Source: Leptogorgia sarmentosa (taxonomy: Eukaryota). From it: 64,000 nucleotides of DNA. Both the position numbers and the translations under genes were made by a program. Shown in pieces: positions 1-14,333 of this stretch (the first letter of the stretch is position 1; the number at the start of each line of letters is the position of its first letter). The stretch spans positions 24,924,001-24,988,000 of the forward strand of contig OZ210885.1 in NCBI GenBank assembly GCA_964658305.1, read 5' to 3'. Below the pieces are notes generated by a model, which was not told the DNA's origin, did no database searches, and saw nothing but the letters and a program-made list of their open reading frames with translations.

Positions 1-87
1 AAGGATGAAGATGAAATGAAGGAAGAAGATGACGAGGAGGACGAGGAAATCGAGGTGGAGGAAGAGGAAGTGTGGGTGGAGGCCTAA
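1..87 (+). CDS. 3' end of an ORF with an acidic tail (KDEDEMKEEDDEEDEEIEVEEEEVWVEA*), truncated by the window edge
   Basis: Open frame 1 of Glu/Asp codons ending in TAA at 85-87. Confidence 0.45.
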   Translation, partial: KDEDEMKEEDDEEDEEIEVEEEEVWVEA

Positions 88-1162
88 ATCCAGCGACAAT
101 CCACGCGAGTGAGTGGGTGTATGTGACCCGCATTATGGATGTGGAACATTCGAATGTTCCACTTCGCGTAACATAAAGATGCTATGTAGCTAGGTTCCAA
201 TTCGGAGGAAATTAAGTGTGTTTCGCTTGTTAGGCACCATCAATTAGCTATATATTCTTGAGTTCCTGGGAAATGAGTGATTTACTATATTTCGAAAAAC
301 AAAAATGTTAATTGTGGTAATTTTCATTGAAGATGACAGTACGATGATTGTTTTACTGAGACGGTTGGAATAACAATTAACAAGAATCATGCAGGGTCAT
401 ATAGCTAGACAATGAATGGGAAGGGGGTGTACAGGGTGCATAAAAAAGACTAGTCTTTGAAATTCAAATTAGTTATTGTATTGAATTCATCTGACAAGCA
501 TAAATGCCTCGAATCATTTAGCGAGCCTCAAAACAAAAAATTTTCTACTCAAGCGTCATTAACTCCATGGAGTTCAAACCAATCGGATCACAATAATATT
601 TCATGACTAATTTCAATTTCAAAGATTAGCCTATTTTTATATTATACACCGTGGATACTCATTTATGGCTGCATGTTCTACCGGACAAATTTCTTCTGAG
701 ATAAAATGATTATATGAACATACAGCTTCCAAATAGCGTTCTAGCTACGGTCCTGACAACAATGATAACACGTAAGTCAGTGAGTTGCCAAGTTTTTACA
801 AACATTGTAATATATCATTATTTCTACGTTTATATATTTTATGACGTTAATTATTTTCCTTCGACGTTGTCTTGGTAGAACAGGAAGAACCGAATTTATG
901 AATTTCCTGTTAAGGGTTCGGTTCCCTTTCTACGTAATGTTATACAGGGTGTACCAGAAAAGTGCAAAGATAAATTAAATGGTAAAGAGTACGATCGATT
1001 TTCTGTTCTGGGGAATTTAAGAGAGCTTCATAAATTCTGAAATTCTGTACTCGTGGGTTCAACTTTGTGCTGGGTATATTAAAACTTTAACAATAAATAA
1101 ATTACTTTGAAAAGGTCAGTGGGTTTCAACTTGAAAGGGAATAGCCTATTTTGGTATTATGT

Positions 1163-1350
1163 TATTATATAAAACAAATAATGAATGTTTTTATTCGTGC
1201 AATGGTAGGAATATTTTCTTAATTTCATTCGGTGAAATATGGGATGTTCCATTTAACTCGGCCTCGCCTCGTTGAATAGATCATTCCATCTTTCACCTCA
1301 TGAAAATATTCTTACCATTGCACTCATAAACATTCACTATTTGTATAATA
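1163..1350. repeat. Imperfect palindromic MITE-like hairpin
   Basis: ...ACAAATAATGAATGTTT..GTGCAATGGTAGGAATATTTTC pairs with GAAAATATTCTTACCATTGCAC..AAACATTCACTATTTGT. Confidence 0.65.
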
Positions 1351-1696
1351 TAAGGCGAACTTTGTTTCTGCATGCTTTTAAGAAATATAAGACGGAGCTT
1401 TTTGCTGTGCTTACACTGTGGATAATGGATCTATTAAATAGCTATAATTTCCTCTGGCAAATTTCTAGAATTCAGCCCAATATTTAGACATTTAGACATG
1501 TACATGCAGGTGTTCCTTGTGTTCGTACAAAATTCATGATGGTTAAAAATGCTTTTGGAAGGTGGTATAATCAAGGGTTCCTCGCACTACTTTAGAGTGC
1601 GTAGTTTATGACATGACATTTTGAACAACGTTATGTTGTTTGCATAAAAGGATCTTTTAAAATGAAAATATAACTTCTTTTGTAGATTTATTTTAT

Positions 1697-1933
1697 ATGC
1701 CAATAATACAACGTGTGACGTCGCACTGCATAATGATTTCTATGAGATTGCTTATTTTGTAGCGCATAACAACATAAAATAACCAAAGCTGCATTTTATG
1801 TGCCTAAGCTATGATAATTCACTACACGGCAGTATTTCTTTGTGGATTATTTAATTTTTAACCACTTTCGAACTTAATGATGGGCTTTGGTAACCATTAT
1901 GCAGTGTGATGTCATACGTTGTATTATTTGCAT
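1697..1933. repeat. MITE-like element with ~35-bp inverted ends
   Basis: AATAATACAACGTGTGACGTCGCACTGCATAATG vs CATTATGCAGTGTGATGTCATACGTTGTATTATT. Confidence 0.6.
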
Positions 1934-1960
1934 ACCAAACAAATTTAAATATTTCGAGAT

Positions 1961-3123
1961 TACGTAATAAATATGAGAATTTGTCAAATATATGCATACC
2001 ATGACACAGTTTTATTGCAAGTGTACATCATTTTATCATGTTGTGGTACAAAAACGCACAAAATAGTTGAATATGTGAGAAATACGTAATAAATATGAGA
2101 ATTTGTCAAATATATGCTTACCTTGACACAGTTTTATTGCAAGTATACATCATTTTATCATGTTGTGGTACAAAAACGCACAAAATAGTTGAATATGCGA
2201 GAAACACGTAATAAATATGAGAATTTGTCAAATATATGCATACCATGACACGGTTTTATTGCAAGTGTACATCATTTTATCATGTTGTGGTACAAAAACG
2301 CACAAAGTAGTTGAATATGTGAGAAATACGTAATAAATATGAGAATTTGTCAAATATATGCATACCATGACACGGTTTTATTGCAAGTGTACATCATTTT
2401 ATCATGTTGTGGTACAAAAACGCACAAAGTAGTTGAATATGTGAGAAATACGTAATAAATATGAGAATTTGTCAAATATATGCATACCATGACACGGTTT
2501 TATTGTAAGTGTACATCATTTTATCATGTTATGGTACAAAAACGCACAAAGTAGTTGAATATGTGAGAAATACGTAATAAATATGAGAATTTGTCAAATA
2601 TATGCTTACCATGACACGGTTTTATTGCAAGTGTACATCATTTTATCATGTTATGGTACAAAAACGCACAAAGTAGTTGAATATGTGAGAAATACGTAAT
2701 AAATATGAGAAGTTGTCAAATATATGTTTACCATGACACGGTTTTATTGCAAGTGTACATCATTTTATCATGTTATGGTACAAAAACGCACAAAATAGTT
2801 GAATATGTGAGAAATACGTAATAAATATGAGAAGTTGTCAAATATATGTTTACCTTGACACAGTTTTATTGCAAGTGTACATCATTTTATCATGTTATGG
2901 TGCAAAAACGCACAAAATAGTTGAATATGTGAGAAATACGTAATAAATATGAGAATTTGTCATATATATGCATACCATGACACGGTTTTATTGCAAGTGT
3001 ACATCATTTTATCATGTTATGGTACAAAAACGCACAAAATAGTTGAATATGTGAGAAATACGTAATAAATATGAGAATTTGTCAAATATATGCTTACCTT
3101 GACACGGTTTTATTGCAAGTGTA
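1961..3123. repeat. Tandem array, 122-bp unit, ~9.5 copies
   Basis: (T/C)ACGTAATAAATATGAGAA recurs at 1961, 2083, 2205, 2327, 2449, 2571, 2693, 2815, 2937, 3059; units nearly identical. Confidence 0.95.
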
Positions 3124-3132
3124 AATTGCAAA

Positions 3133-3385
3133 TGGGTTTATGTCTTATCTTGAGTAAAACTATGTATTACTACCTAATGAGGTACAAAGTCACCCCGTTT
3201 TATAAATATATTTAATAATCAGGGTAGGTTTATGTCTTATCTTGAGTAAAACTATATATTACTACCTAATGAGGTACAAAGTCACCCCGTTTTTCTCAAT
3301 ATTCGAAATTCAGGGTGGGTTTATGTCTTATCTGTAGTAAAACTATACATTACTACCTTGTGAGGTACAAAGTCAACCCGTTTTT
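3133..3385. repeat. Three tandem ~92-bp copies
   Basis: GGTTTATGTCTTATCT..GTAAAACTAT..ACTACCT..TGAGGTACAAAGTCA.CCCGTTT occurs three times. Confidence 0.85.
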
Positions 3386-3391
3386 CTACAG

Positions 3392-3725
3392 AAATCGAAT
3401 TATGAAGAGAAATTTAGCACAGCGTTATAAATCATTGAAATACATATAACTCCAAAATATCAGAACAATTCAATAAAAGTAATATCATGTTTATGCATTT
3501 TAGGATAAATTTCGCCATAATAGGTTGCTATGTACAAGGCCCAGACAGGATGAGCCTGAAATTGATCCCAAGGATACAAATCGAATTATGAAGAGAAAGT
3601 TTGTACAGCGTTGTAAATCATTGAAATACTGTAACTCCAAAATATCAGAACAATTCATTAAAAGTAACCATGTTTACGCAAGTGGGGATAAATTTCGCTA
3701 TAAATATAGGTTGCTATGTACAGGG
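3392..3725. repeat. Two diverged direct copies of ~150 bp
   Basis: AAATCGAATTATGAAGAGAAA...TAGGTTGCTATGTACA at ~3392 and ~3578. Confidence 0.75.
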
Positions 3726-4224
3726 TGCATAAAAAAAGTTAATGCAAATTTGGTATCTTATTGCGCGCTATAGATATATGACGTCTATGGATGGAATTTT
3801 TTTCATAACAAGAAAATTTAAGCCTTTAGCTTCTTATGAACCATAGTTTTTCCCTGTTTGTGAAAATACGACTTCATACGAATCGAATAAAAATTGGCGG
3901 TCGAAATTGCATTTTTCCACGATTGGGAATTAGGTGCAAAAGAGTGAAAGTGAATCCCAATTCTAAATTGAAAAGCTGTCAACCGATAATCTGTGAGGCT
4001 CAACGCCAGCGAAAAAATACTTCACGCACAAGAAAACTGTTTACAAAACTTTTTACAAAAAAGCTTTCACTCGCCTTCTAGCCTGGTTATTTTGTAAAAA
4101 CATCGATATAGCAATACAAACATTAATCATTACGACTGCATGTCATGATTTCAAAAAAAATGTATTTACTGACTGATGAACACTAACGCGCTAAAGTGGC
4201 TTTACCTTTTTTTGATACACCCTG
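3721..4224. mobile_element. Tc1/mariner-type non-autonomous element (MITE)
   Basis: TA|CAGGGTGCATAAAAAAAG...CTTTTTTTGATACACCCTG|TA; related single left ends at ~432 and ~945. Confidence 0.7.
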
Positions 4225-5220
4225 TACAAATTTTTAGCAAGAACAATAGCAATACAGCTATATAATACAATGCAGACACATCCTCAGAAATATATCTAAT
4301 TATATTTTAATTACTTTTAACAATGCTTGACCATTACAATACAGGCTTCCAAACCAGGTCGGGTTCGAATAAAAGGAATTACATGCATAGGCCGTTTTAG
4401 TCGATTTCGCTAATTTTTAAACCACATATACCAAAATTCAAACTAGTCTTTTCTTATAATAACATATTAATAATATAAAACTTATTTGAATGCGGGAGCC
4501 GTCAAACTCCGATACTTTTGTTTTTTAGACACAAAGTATATGTAAATAAGTTCATGATAATGTTACTACTGTAATTTAATGATGGTAAATCAATAAAAAA
4601 CAGTTGGAATTGTTCAAAATATCGAACTTCCATATTTTCAATATAAATCAATTATTTAGAGGTACAATGCGGGAATGTCACATTTAACATATATTTCTGT
4701 ATATAACATATATGTACTACTGAGAACAACTAATAAAAAATTGCACACACAAGTGCTATTTTTTATTAATACTTCGAGAACAAGTGCAATTTTTCATTAA
4801 TAAAGATCTTACGCTTGACGTTTACGTCAAACGGCTAAAAGCCCAGATACTTTGTATGCGATAAAAACAAAATCATTGACCGTAAAAAGTTTTACCTTAC
4901 GCACAAAATACTTTATTTGACTACAGAATCTTGGTGGTGGGTGTTCATTGATTTTTCTGCTCACATGGCCTGACTTTGACTTGTGGCTATTGACGTTAGC
5001 GGTTTACAATCGGACGGCTAAACATGCTGACAAAGCTTTAGCTGCAAACGTCGAACGTCAACTGAAGCTTCAAGCAGCGTAGGCGTTGAAGTTAAGTGGT
5101 AAAGTTTCCGTAGTCATACAAAGGGCGGCACTTTAGACCCTTTCAATAAATCTTATGGCTAGAACATTTCACAGTTGATAATTTTGATTCTATTACATAG
5201 GAAGTATCTGAGGTTAGGTC

Positions 5221-5558
5221 ATAGTTAATGGAGTAGAAGGTTTGGAAATTCATTAAAATAAGAATATAACTCATTATCTATGTTGGTCAACATTTATGCC
5301 AAAATATGGTTCTTGATCGTCACGTGTGTAATGTGTTTTTGTCAAACCCACCAATAGGAATTCTTGAATAACCCTATTGTTCAAGTCGCGGATGCCTAAC
5401 TTTACTAAAACGTTGCTATTGGTTAGATAGACAAGAATACAGTACGCACGTGACGACGAAGAACCTTATTTCTGAATAAACCAGAACAATAACATAGATA
5501 ATGAGTTATATTCTTATTCTAATGAATTTCCAAACCTTTTACTCCATTATGTAACTAT
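5221..5558. repeat. Palindromic MITE-like hairpin
   Basis: AATGGAGTAGAAGGTTTGGAAATTCATTA..ATAAGAATATAACTCATTATCTATGTT is inverted at 5490-5550. Confidence 0.75.
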
Positions 5559-6004
5559 GGTTAGCACTTTGCCGTAAACGTGAATCTTAAGGTCTCTAAC
5601 AGCTTGTTTGCAATCACGTGATTTTTCATCCAATGACGGGTAAATAGAAAACTTGTGGACAATTTTGATAGACTAAAATGTTATCTGTCTTTCGAGCAAT
5701 AAACTCTCTCTAAACTCGACTATAAAGTTAAAATAGTCGCCTTTTGTTCTACTTGCCCGTCAACTGAAATTCCGAAATCACGCCATTGCAAACAACCTCT
5801 ATCATTGTAGTACATATATAGTACATTTGCATTGTTCAAAGTTGACAACAAATTGCGAAAGCCAAAATTTTAGCGTTATTTTACTTTTTTTTAAATTCAT
5901 CGGAACCGTGTAAATAATAAACCCCAATTAAACACCTGTGTAGTTGAATTCGCACGGTTCTTCAAGCCAATCAGTGTCAAGGTAATTGTCTACAATGATA
6001 TAAC

Positions 6005-6161
6005 AGTCAAAATACAAGAACCGTCCCACTTCCGTTTCTGTAAATCTGTATTTCATAATTACAGTAACGAGTTCTGAAATTACATGAACTATGAAATTAT
6101 GAAATTCTAAATAATAAATAAATTACAGAAACGGAAGTGGGAAGGTTCTTGTATTTTGACT
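6005..6161. mobile_element. Small MITE with ~39-bp TIRs
   Basis: AGTCAAAATACAAGAACC.TCCCACTTCCGTTTCTGTAA vs TTACAGAAACGGAAGTGGGAAGGTTCTTGTATTTTGACT. Confidence 0.75.
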
Positions 6162-6185
6162 AAGCGTTTCATATATCTAGGACAT

Positions 6186-9100
6186 CTACTGCAAAGGTGA
6201 AAGAAAATATCTATTCTGATGTCTTAAAAATCGTTTCAACACTTGTCTTGGTATAGCATAAAACATATCCTTATGCAAGAAAGTATTTTCCCTCAGATCC
6301 TTTCTCCCTAAGGGGTGGGGGGCAGGATAATTGTCTTCCGCCCACAACACCAGAATGCAAGAACATCCTTCCGGAACCAGGTGACCATGTAAGGTTGGAC
6401 GATCGACGATATTACCAACTGCCACAATTTTCCCATCGTCATACAACGCAACAGCATCTGTATAAAATGAAGCATTGCAAATGCAATTAACACAATTTCA
6501 GCACGAACTTTACACTTTATACAGTAAGTATAAACAGTTACAATTTATTTCTCAGTCAAAATATCTCCAGAACTAAAACAGATAAATCCGATAAAAAAAT
6601 AATTCTTTATTGCCCTATACTAGCTATACTACCAATACTAGCTTATTAACACTAGACTCAGTACAACTGCATGACATACGCTATTTTTCCTTTTCTATGA
6701 GGTGAAAGAATGTTGTTGAATGAACGTTGAGTGTGAAAGATGTAGCTGTTATAGTTTGGGACAACTCAAACAATTACATGTACTTCTATTCTTCTATCAT
6801 ATTGTAGATTTCTAGTTGTTTACAAATACTTTTAATGATCACATCATTTTTAAAGAACGATATAGCCAACCAACCATACATTGTGTGAAAAAACAATAAT
6901 AACAAGTACCTGGTGGCATATCAGCTGATGAAGTTAGACTTGTAGGTACAAGTGCCGAAGGTGGAGCAACAGTTGTGGTCGGAGAAGAAACGGTGGTGGT
7001 CACTTGAGGATCGATCGATGTTGGAGGAGCGACAGTGGTGGCTATTTCATGAGTGGATATCTGGGGACAGGATACTGGAGTAAGAATGGTGGATATTGAA
7101 GAAGGAACAGCGGATGTTGAACGAGGGCCACTAGATATTGGAAGAGAAACAGTGGATGTTGGAAGAGCGATGGCGAATGTTGGAGGGGAAGTGGATACTG
7201 CCAGAGGAGCAGGGGGAATTAGAGGTGAGACAATGGATGCCGAATGACGAACAGTGGATAGTGACGGAGGGAGAGGGAATAGTGGAAGGTCAGTAGGTAT
7301 TGAAGCAGGAACGGTAGAGATCGAAGGAAGGATGGTGGATGTTGGAGGAGCGACAGTGGATGTTGAAGAAGGTACAATCGATACTCCAGGATGGTCAGTG
7401 GAAATAGGTGAAGGGACAGTGGACGTCGAAGTAGTTATTACAGTACCGGTGGTTGTTGAAGGGAGATCGGTAGATGAAGATGCAAGGGCACATGAAGACT
7501 GTTGGTCCGACTTGAATGTTTTCTTCTCTATAGGAAAGATTGGATTACAAGAAATAAAAATTAAACAAAAAAGATTAATACAACATTAAACTGTGATTGC
7601 TCAGAGACTGGCACTTCCACTAGCTAGTTAATTCAAGTAAAGACCCCTTGCTTTATTTACGTTCTTTTTGCAGGCAAAAAAGCATGCAATAGAGCTTTTT
7701 TCATGTGATATAGATTGATGACTCACAGTGGGAAACATTCATTTCTATATACATGTAATGAAAATTCACAATTTAAACGAAGAAAGGGGATTATTCACGG
7801 CTTATATATAATGGAAACATTGGCATTCGATTGTGCTCTGCCAGAAAAAGTAAGAGAAACTTCTGTAAATTTCTGTACCTACTTTCATGACAGCCGAACC
7901 TATAGATTTTTCTTTGGCTTATGGCGCGTAGCCATTTGAGCTGGATATGTACAAACTGTACAAATTTACGAACGTTAAAAAATAACCTTGAAGCACAATA
8001 GGTTACAACATACTTATCGACAGACAGAGTAGGAAAAAGAATATAGGAAAATTCTTGAAAGCAAAATGTAACTTAATGTACAATTTCCATGGAATAATTT
8101 TAGCACGTTAGAGTATAACCAAGACGAAGCAATAACATGTTCTATTAACTAGAAGTCAAGTTGAACAGACTTAAAAACACTGTCCCTACATGCAACGAAA
8201 CGTACCGTTAGTGAATAAACAAAATACGTCCAAAACAGCCTTTCCAGTTGGACTGGGATTATTTGCAGTTCCAATAAAATTGGCTGCCAGTCCAGCAGTT
8301 CCAAATGTCACAAAACTGCTTCCCCGTACATGCTTATGAGTGGCCATTACCACGATGTCCCAATCATGACGAAGATTCAGTATTTTTGCCTAAATGCAGT
8401 GTATAAAAAAATTGATTTAACAGTTGATTAACACTAAATTATGAGGAGTAAAATATATGACCTCTTCGTCAATTTTGGGCAGACGTTTATAGCCCAATAA
8501 ATTTTGATATCCACTGGAAAGAAATTTGGTTTTTCTGTATCAAATAAAGGCATAGCTGTACTTCTAACTTAGATATTCAGGGACAAAAACTTGTGGCAAA
8601 AATTATATCATGGTGGCCAGTGAAACGTTCCTACTGTAAACTTTCATACTGTAAATTACTGAAGCGCGTGAGAGTGATCGTATTACTGGAAATTCAATGA
8701 ATGTTGTATAATAAAATTATATAAGAAAACAGCCAGAGTTCAGTCAGATGAAATTCGTGTCAACACATTCAAAATCATCTGAGTTGTTAATGTGATGGAA
8801 CACATAACATTACCATTAATGGTAAATTATAGCCTACATCAACGGTAAGACCAAGGTATATAGATGCTCCACTACATGTACTATACATTTCTCATACAAG
8901 TGATACAACTTGTCATGCAGCTTGTCATGTAACTGTGGCAGTTGTTAGATTTTAAAATCTCACATGCTTGGAAACCTTGATCCTTGGGTCCATCCTTATT
9001 TTGTTAATGATTAGGGGAATTATGTTCAAAACAAAATAAACAAATCTAAAGCACTCAGGCTACTGTACTTACACACCATGAACTACAAACTGATTTTAAG

Positions 9101-10981
9101 ACTAAAAGAGGACTAGTTACTGGTACTAGTATTGATATGGATTGACGTCGCAACTAACTTGGAATGATATCACTTAATCCACATAGAAAAATTAGACTTA
9201 TGCACAACCAACAATGCTGCTAACAATAGAATTTTTACACTCAATAATTATCAGTAAAGTGCATGCAAATCACTACTGGCACACACAAAACAGTAAAATT
9301 TACGAGCTTCACTTAATCCAACCAGTATCACATTTTCATACAGATTTAAACCCTCCCTTTTAGGTTAAGAAACTTATTGAGCCGACCTCCTCTTGCAACA
9401 ATAGACTATAGTGATCATGAAAGCAGATGTTATTATCCTGAAGATGTTAACGTATATCTTGCTCCAAGCAGTTTTACTGAACTTAAAAACTATACGTTGT
9501 TTATCAAGCATGCAGCAACGTCCAGAAAATGCAACAAAAAAAATTAAATACATCTTGAATATTTCTGTGTTTTTTCAACAATTCCTTTTTAATTGCAATC
9601 TAATTTTCTTTCCGTGATATCGCTACATATTTTAGATGTTTCGGTCTCCTAGCATTGTTGTTATTGTGCAAAGGATGGATAAAAAATAAACACACGTTAT
9701 TTACAAAAAATACACGTTATTTACCAGAAGCTTTGGTCATGAAGAGAAAAACTGTGCCCTTGGCCTTGAAAACATCCCTCACCCTTCAGGCTCGGCCTTT
9801 TCAAGACGTTGGGCACAGTTTTTCTCATTCAGACCCTGCAATATACAGATAATCTTTCTTTTAATCCTGTAGTCAACTCTTGTGTAAAAACATTATTAAT
9901 ATCAGCTATCTTAAATACTGTAGTTCTCTCTGTTGAATGGCAGCACTACTGTAACTTTTGCTTATCTGGCATTGCAAAATCATGCGAGAGATACTGATAC
10001 TGGCAAAACAACCATTTAATAGAGTGGCAGTATCCTACCAATAACAAGTAGAATCGTCTGTGGGCAGAAAGAGTAAAATACCTTTGTAATACAAAGATAT
10101 TATTCTTTCTTCCTTATTATTCTTTGTAATAAAAAGAATAACTACAAAAAGCTAAATAGCACATTTCAAGCTAGTGGCTTATTTAATCAAGTATTGTTCT
10201 GGAACTAGATATATAAAACGAAAATAAATTTCAAAAGTTGGAGTCTGATCTAAAAAGGTTTGAACATTACATTTGGATGGTATCAATCCATAATTGACCT
10301 TGCTTTATAGTATACATCAGACCAAGTGAGACCTTGCAATTATTGGGGGTAGTGCTAGAAAATACTGCATTTACATACATGGAGCAGGGTAATCCTAATG
10401 ATCGGGTTAACTAACTAAAAATGTAGTTAGTGTTTGCCTGCATGCAGTACGGTTACAGCTAGGCTAACAAGGGAAACCCTACCTATGTGTGGTAACTACA
10501 CCTGTTGTATTTGAAAATATTATGCCTGTATGCAAGTGTTGGCAGCAAGATATTATGCCTTTGTTGGCTGCATAATATAATTTGTTGACTAAATATAATT
10601 CAAAATAGCCTGTAAATGCAATGTGGTAATATGCTTACTGGGGTAACCCTTCTGCTAGGGTCAGAAACCCTATAGTCTTTCTGCAATATAAGAGTGGTTT
10701 ATAACCTAATTTTGAGGGCTAATATAATATACCAAACTATTTACCTCATATAGGGCTAACATTATATATTAAAAAACTATTTACTATGCTGTACTTACAC
10801 GCTTTTTTAACATATTGAACTGTTTTGTTGGGTTTGTTTTACCCATGTTTAATATCTGCTGTGTATCATCATCTTCATTCGTTTCGTTCACGCTTGTTAT
10901 CGTCTCTTTGCATATACGGCATCTTTTTGCTGCTGGACCATTGTCGCTGTCACACTTCGAACATCGTTTCGGATAACTAGC
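6186..10981 (-). CDS. Spliced gene (exons 10981-10799, 8389-8206, 7527-6910, 6457-6186; first exon not located). N-terminal CxxC..CxxC zinc ribbon, ~200-aa Pro/Ser/Thr linker, C-terminal domain resembling CACTA TNP1/En-Spm-like accessory domains
   Basis: All three GT-AG junctions are phase-consistent (0, 1, 1) with no stops. Motifs CSKC..CRIC and IVAVGNIV..TLHGHLVPEG..ILV..YPAPHP. Confidence 0.7.
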
Positions 10982-11965
10982 CTTAACAAACCATAAATAT
11001 ATTGAAAGTTCAGAGATTAGCGATGCAAATAAATATAATAATTTGAATGTGTGCGTATATGCAAATTTATACAATTATGAGATGCTCAAACATTAATATC
11101 TACACTTTAAAGGTGAACTATTTCTGTATAACTTCATGAATCATGTGCTTCCACTTTGGCAAAGCAAAATTTCTCGTTTTTGTCCTTTTTTTTCGCGAAA
11201 TTTCCTTCCCAAAATCCTAAATTTCCTTCCATTTTTCCTTCCAATGTATAGTAAAATAGTATAGCACATTTTGTATTGTACTGTATATTGTACTTCTGAT
11301 TGATAAGTTGAAGGTGAATCTCTAATTTAACCTGAAAAAACATGTTCTGTTATCTCATTTCTTGTCTGTTTTCTCGAACGACATTGTACCTAAACCAGGC
11401 ACTTGTCCTGCACGCTTTCTACTCCGTTTGCATTTGAAAACTACTTGAAGCTTCATCTTCTGATTAGCCTGACTAGATGTCGACTCAATGACTCAATATG
11501 AGCCATCATAATTTATAAATTACCTTTTTCGGTTTACAAATTTAAATTCAGTTTCCCTTTTTCCGACAGTTTGTTTTTCAATTTTGGGTTATAAAAATTA
11601 AAAACCCGCGAAAAAATTAAGCCCACGTTATTTATGTACAAGTACTCTACTCACTGAAGACTGTTAAGTCCTAACACCTAAATTACCCCAATTCATCCTT
11701 GATGGTTATATAAATATCCGAAGTATTATTTTTATGTTTTTGAACTCAAAAGTTCATAATAATGTGTATTTAACCATTATTAAATTATTAGAAAATACTG
11801 AGAGGGTTTAAATTGTAAAATTTCCTTCCCTTTTCCTTCGAAATGGCCGAATTTCCTTCCAATTTCCTTCCAAATCTAATTTCCTTTTATTTTTCCTTCC
11901 AAATGCCCAAATATCCTTTTGGAAGGAAATTTCCTTCCGAGTGGAAGCTCTGGATGTGTTGGGTC

Positions 11966-12502
11966 CAGTGTGACCATATTCAGTATATTTTTTTACTTTT
12001 GGTAAAATTTCGCCAAATTTGATAGAAATCTAGTAAAACAGATTTTTTGGTAAAATTTTTGGTAAAATTTTCTAAAATTCAAGGATTTGGTAATTTTTTT
12101 AGTAAAATTTCAGTTAAGACCAGAAAACCTTGGAAAATGCGAAATATTCGCTTTCCTGAGGCTCGAAATATTCGCTTTCAGGGTCGCGGATTTAACATTT
12201 TCGAAGTTCGAACTATTTGAACAATCTAAAGTAAATTTGTAATTTGTCTTTCCAGGATAGTTTGCAAGGAATGCACGCCATATTTCATAATGGTGCTTTG
12301 CTATATTTAGTGTATAGTCTTGTTGAAAATAAAATTTGCTGTTATCTATCTCACCTATAATTATCAGTAGGAACGTTTTCGATACCAAATTGACCCCCCC
12401 CCTTTTTTGGCATAAAATGCAAATCTAGTAAAATTTTGTCCTATTTAGTAAAATTTGAGCAAAGCTTTAGTAAATTCCGCTGACCAACATCTGGTCACAC
12501 TG
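11966..12502. mobile_element. Non-autonomous hAT-type element (537 bp)
   Basis: TIR CAGTGTGACCA...TGGTCACACTG; 8-bp TSD GTTGGGTC at 11958-11965 and 12503-12510; internal GTAAAATTT repeats. Confidence 0.9.
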
Positions 12503-14333
12503 GTTGGGTCAATAATTTTTTGATTTTTGACCGGTTGGCGAACATGACGTTTTGTGGACCGGCACGTGATACGGTTTTGTCCAATCAGCAAACAGGAAAA
12601 TTGAACTTTGACACCAACTATATAACAAGGCCATTTGTTGCAAAAGGACAGAAATCGAAAAGGGAAGATCTTATTCGGTTATTCCTTAGAAGTAGTTATT
12701 TGAGTAGTTGTTTAAGCGTGTATGTACTTTAATTATTCATCATAAGCATTGAAGATATGCATAAATGCATAATACATTATCAAATACTGTCTATGACTGG
12801 ATTTGAATTGTGCAACCAAGCAAGGCAAGCATGCCAAGCATAGACAGGACAAATTAGACATTTTGTATTATCGCGATTTGGGGAAATAAAAACATATATT
12901 TATTAATTTGTTCTTGATTTCTTGCCATACAAATGTTTAAACCTGTATATGAAATTTGTGTAATATGTGTAATTGTGTATAGTAGCAGTAAATAGAAATG
13001 TGTAATACTGTATGTGTATAGTAATTAAAATAAATTATTGTATATACTTATTACTATGAACTGGTCAGTGGCTATGAACTGGTCAGTTGTAATTTTATTC
13101 ATTTTTATAGCACAATGGAATTCGACAAAGGTAAAAAAAATGTGTGGAATGTGTGGTTGAGGAAAATATTACTAAAGAAGTAGACAGAGATAAAGGTAAA
13201 ATACTTATTTTTCAGCTAGTGGATTTATTATCAAAGTTCCTGGTGACCTATCATCAACCTTGAGGGTGATTTTTCTTGGAAACCACTGGGATTATATATT
13301 TTTCTTATTTTTCTGGGACATGTTCCATTAACTAAGTATACCAAGTTACCATAAAACCAAAGAACTAGTTCAAATTGTAAAACAAGGAGAAAACTTTATG
13401 TGAAAAATGTGTGACTCATGTGACCCCAAAATGAGGGTGTTTTTACTGCCGTCTAATACAAAGCCGAAAATCCATTTTGCAATGTTATTCATGAAATTAG
13501 TTTTTAAACAACATAGATAAGCTGGGATCATTAAATATTGAAAAAGTTTAGCATTGTTGTAAGTGATAGGATCTTTTAGTATGAAGTAGCATTTCTTCTC
13601 AAACATGTACAACACTATTCACATTATTTAATTATGTTCCTACAATGCCCTAGGGTAATTATGGTTAATTCTTTTTTTCAATCAACAAAGGTAAGGTACT
13701 GTGGCCTCCAAAAGTATCAAAAAGTATCATTGTCAGTTATGTAATTTTAATATGATTTTTTTTCTAATGATGTGTCATTTCTTGGGAATGGCTGTTATGG
13801 GTAAGATATTATTTTATGCTGTGTGTGCAAAAATGAAGCGACTGGTGCCCATAGTTGCATTGTCTGTGAAAGGAAGACACATGTAATATGTGGTACACAT
13901 CCAGATGGAGAAGAAGAGGGTCATGGCAGTCGTGTTATCTGCAACAATTGCAAAGATAAACCAAACAAAGGTGAGAAAATAAATAGAAATTCACACAAGG
14001 AATACAGTGTACTTTAATAATTTAAATGTTTATTTATTTATTTGTAGGTCCTAATACAATTACAAAAGCCAGTGAAAGCAATAAAAGAAAATCAACTACT
14101 GGTAGATACCTTAGATACACATATATTAATTTTTTATTTGTATGATTTTGGAAGTGACATAATGTTGATTCATTTACTAAAACTAAATACCTTTATGTTA
14201 CTCAACCTTACAGACATTCAACCGTGGTGGATTAAATCAAAAATAGCTAAAGTTTCAGCAGTAGATGCCAAAAATAAGGACCCATCTAACAACTGGGGCA
14301 TTTGTTTGACATGTTTTAGGTGAGGAAAATATC

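Noticed and set aside
1961..3123. 122-bp array as CRISPR-like
   Set aside because: Whole units are near-identical, with no unique spacers.
7053..7589. Plus-strand Val/Gly/Glu-rich ORFs
   Set aside because: Antisense shadow of the P/S/T-rich exon on the minus strand, which has matching splice sites.
11142..11952. Possible MITE with GCTTCCACT ends and TTTCCTTCC repeats
   Set aside because: Left end degenerate and no TSD, so boundaries cannot be supported.
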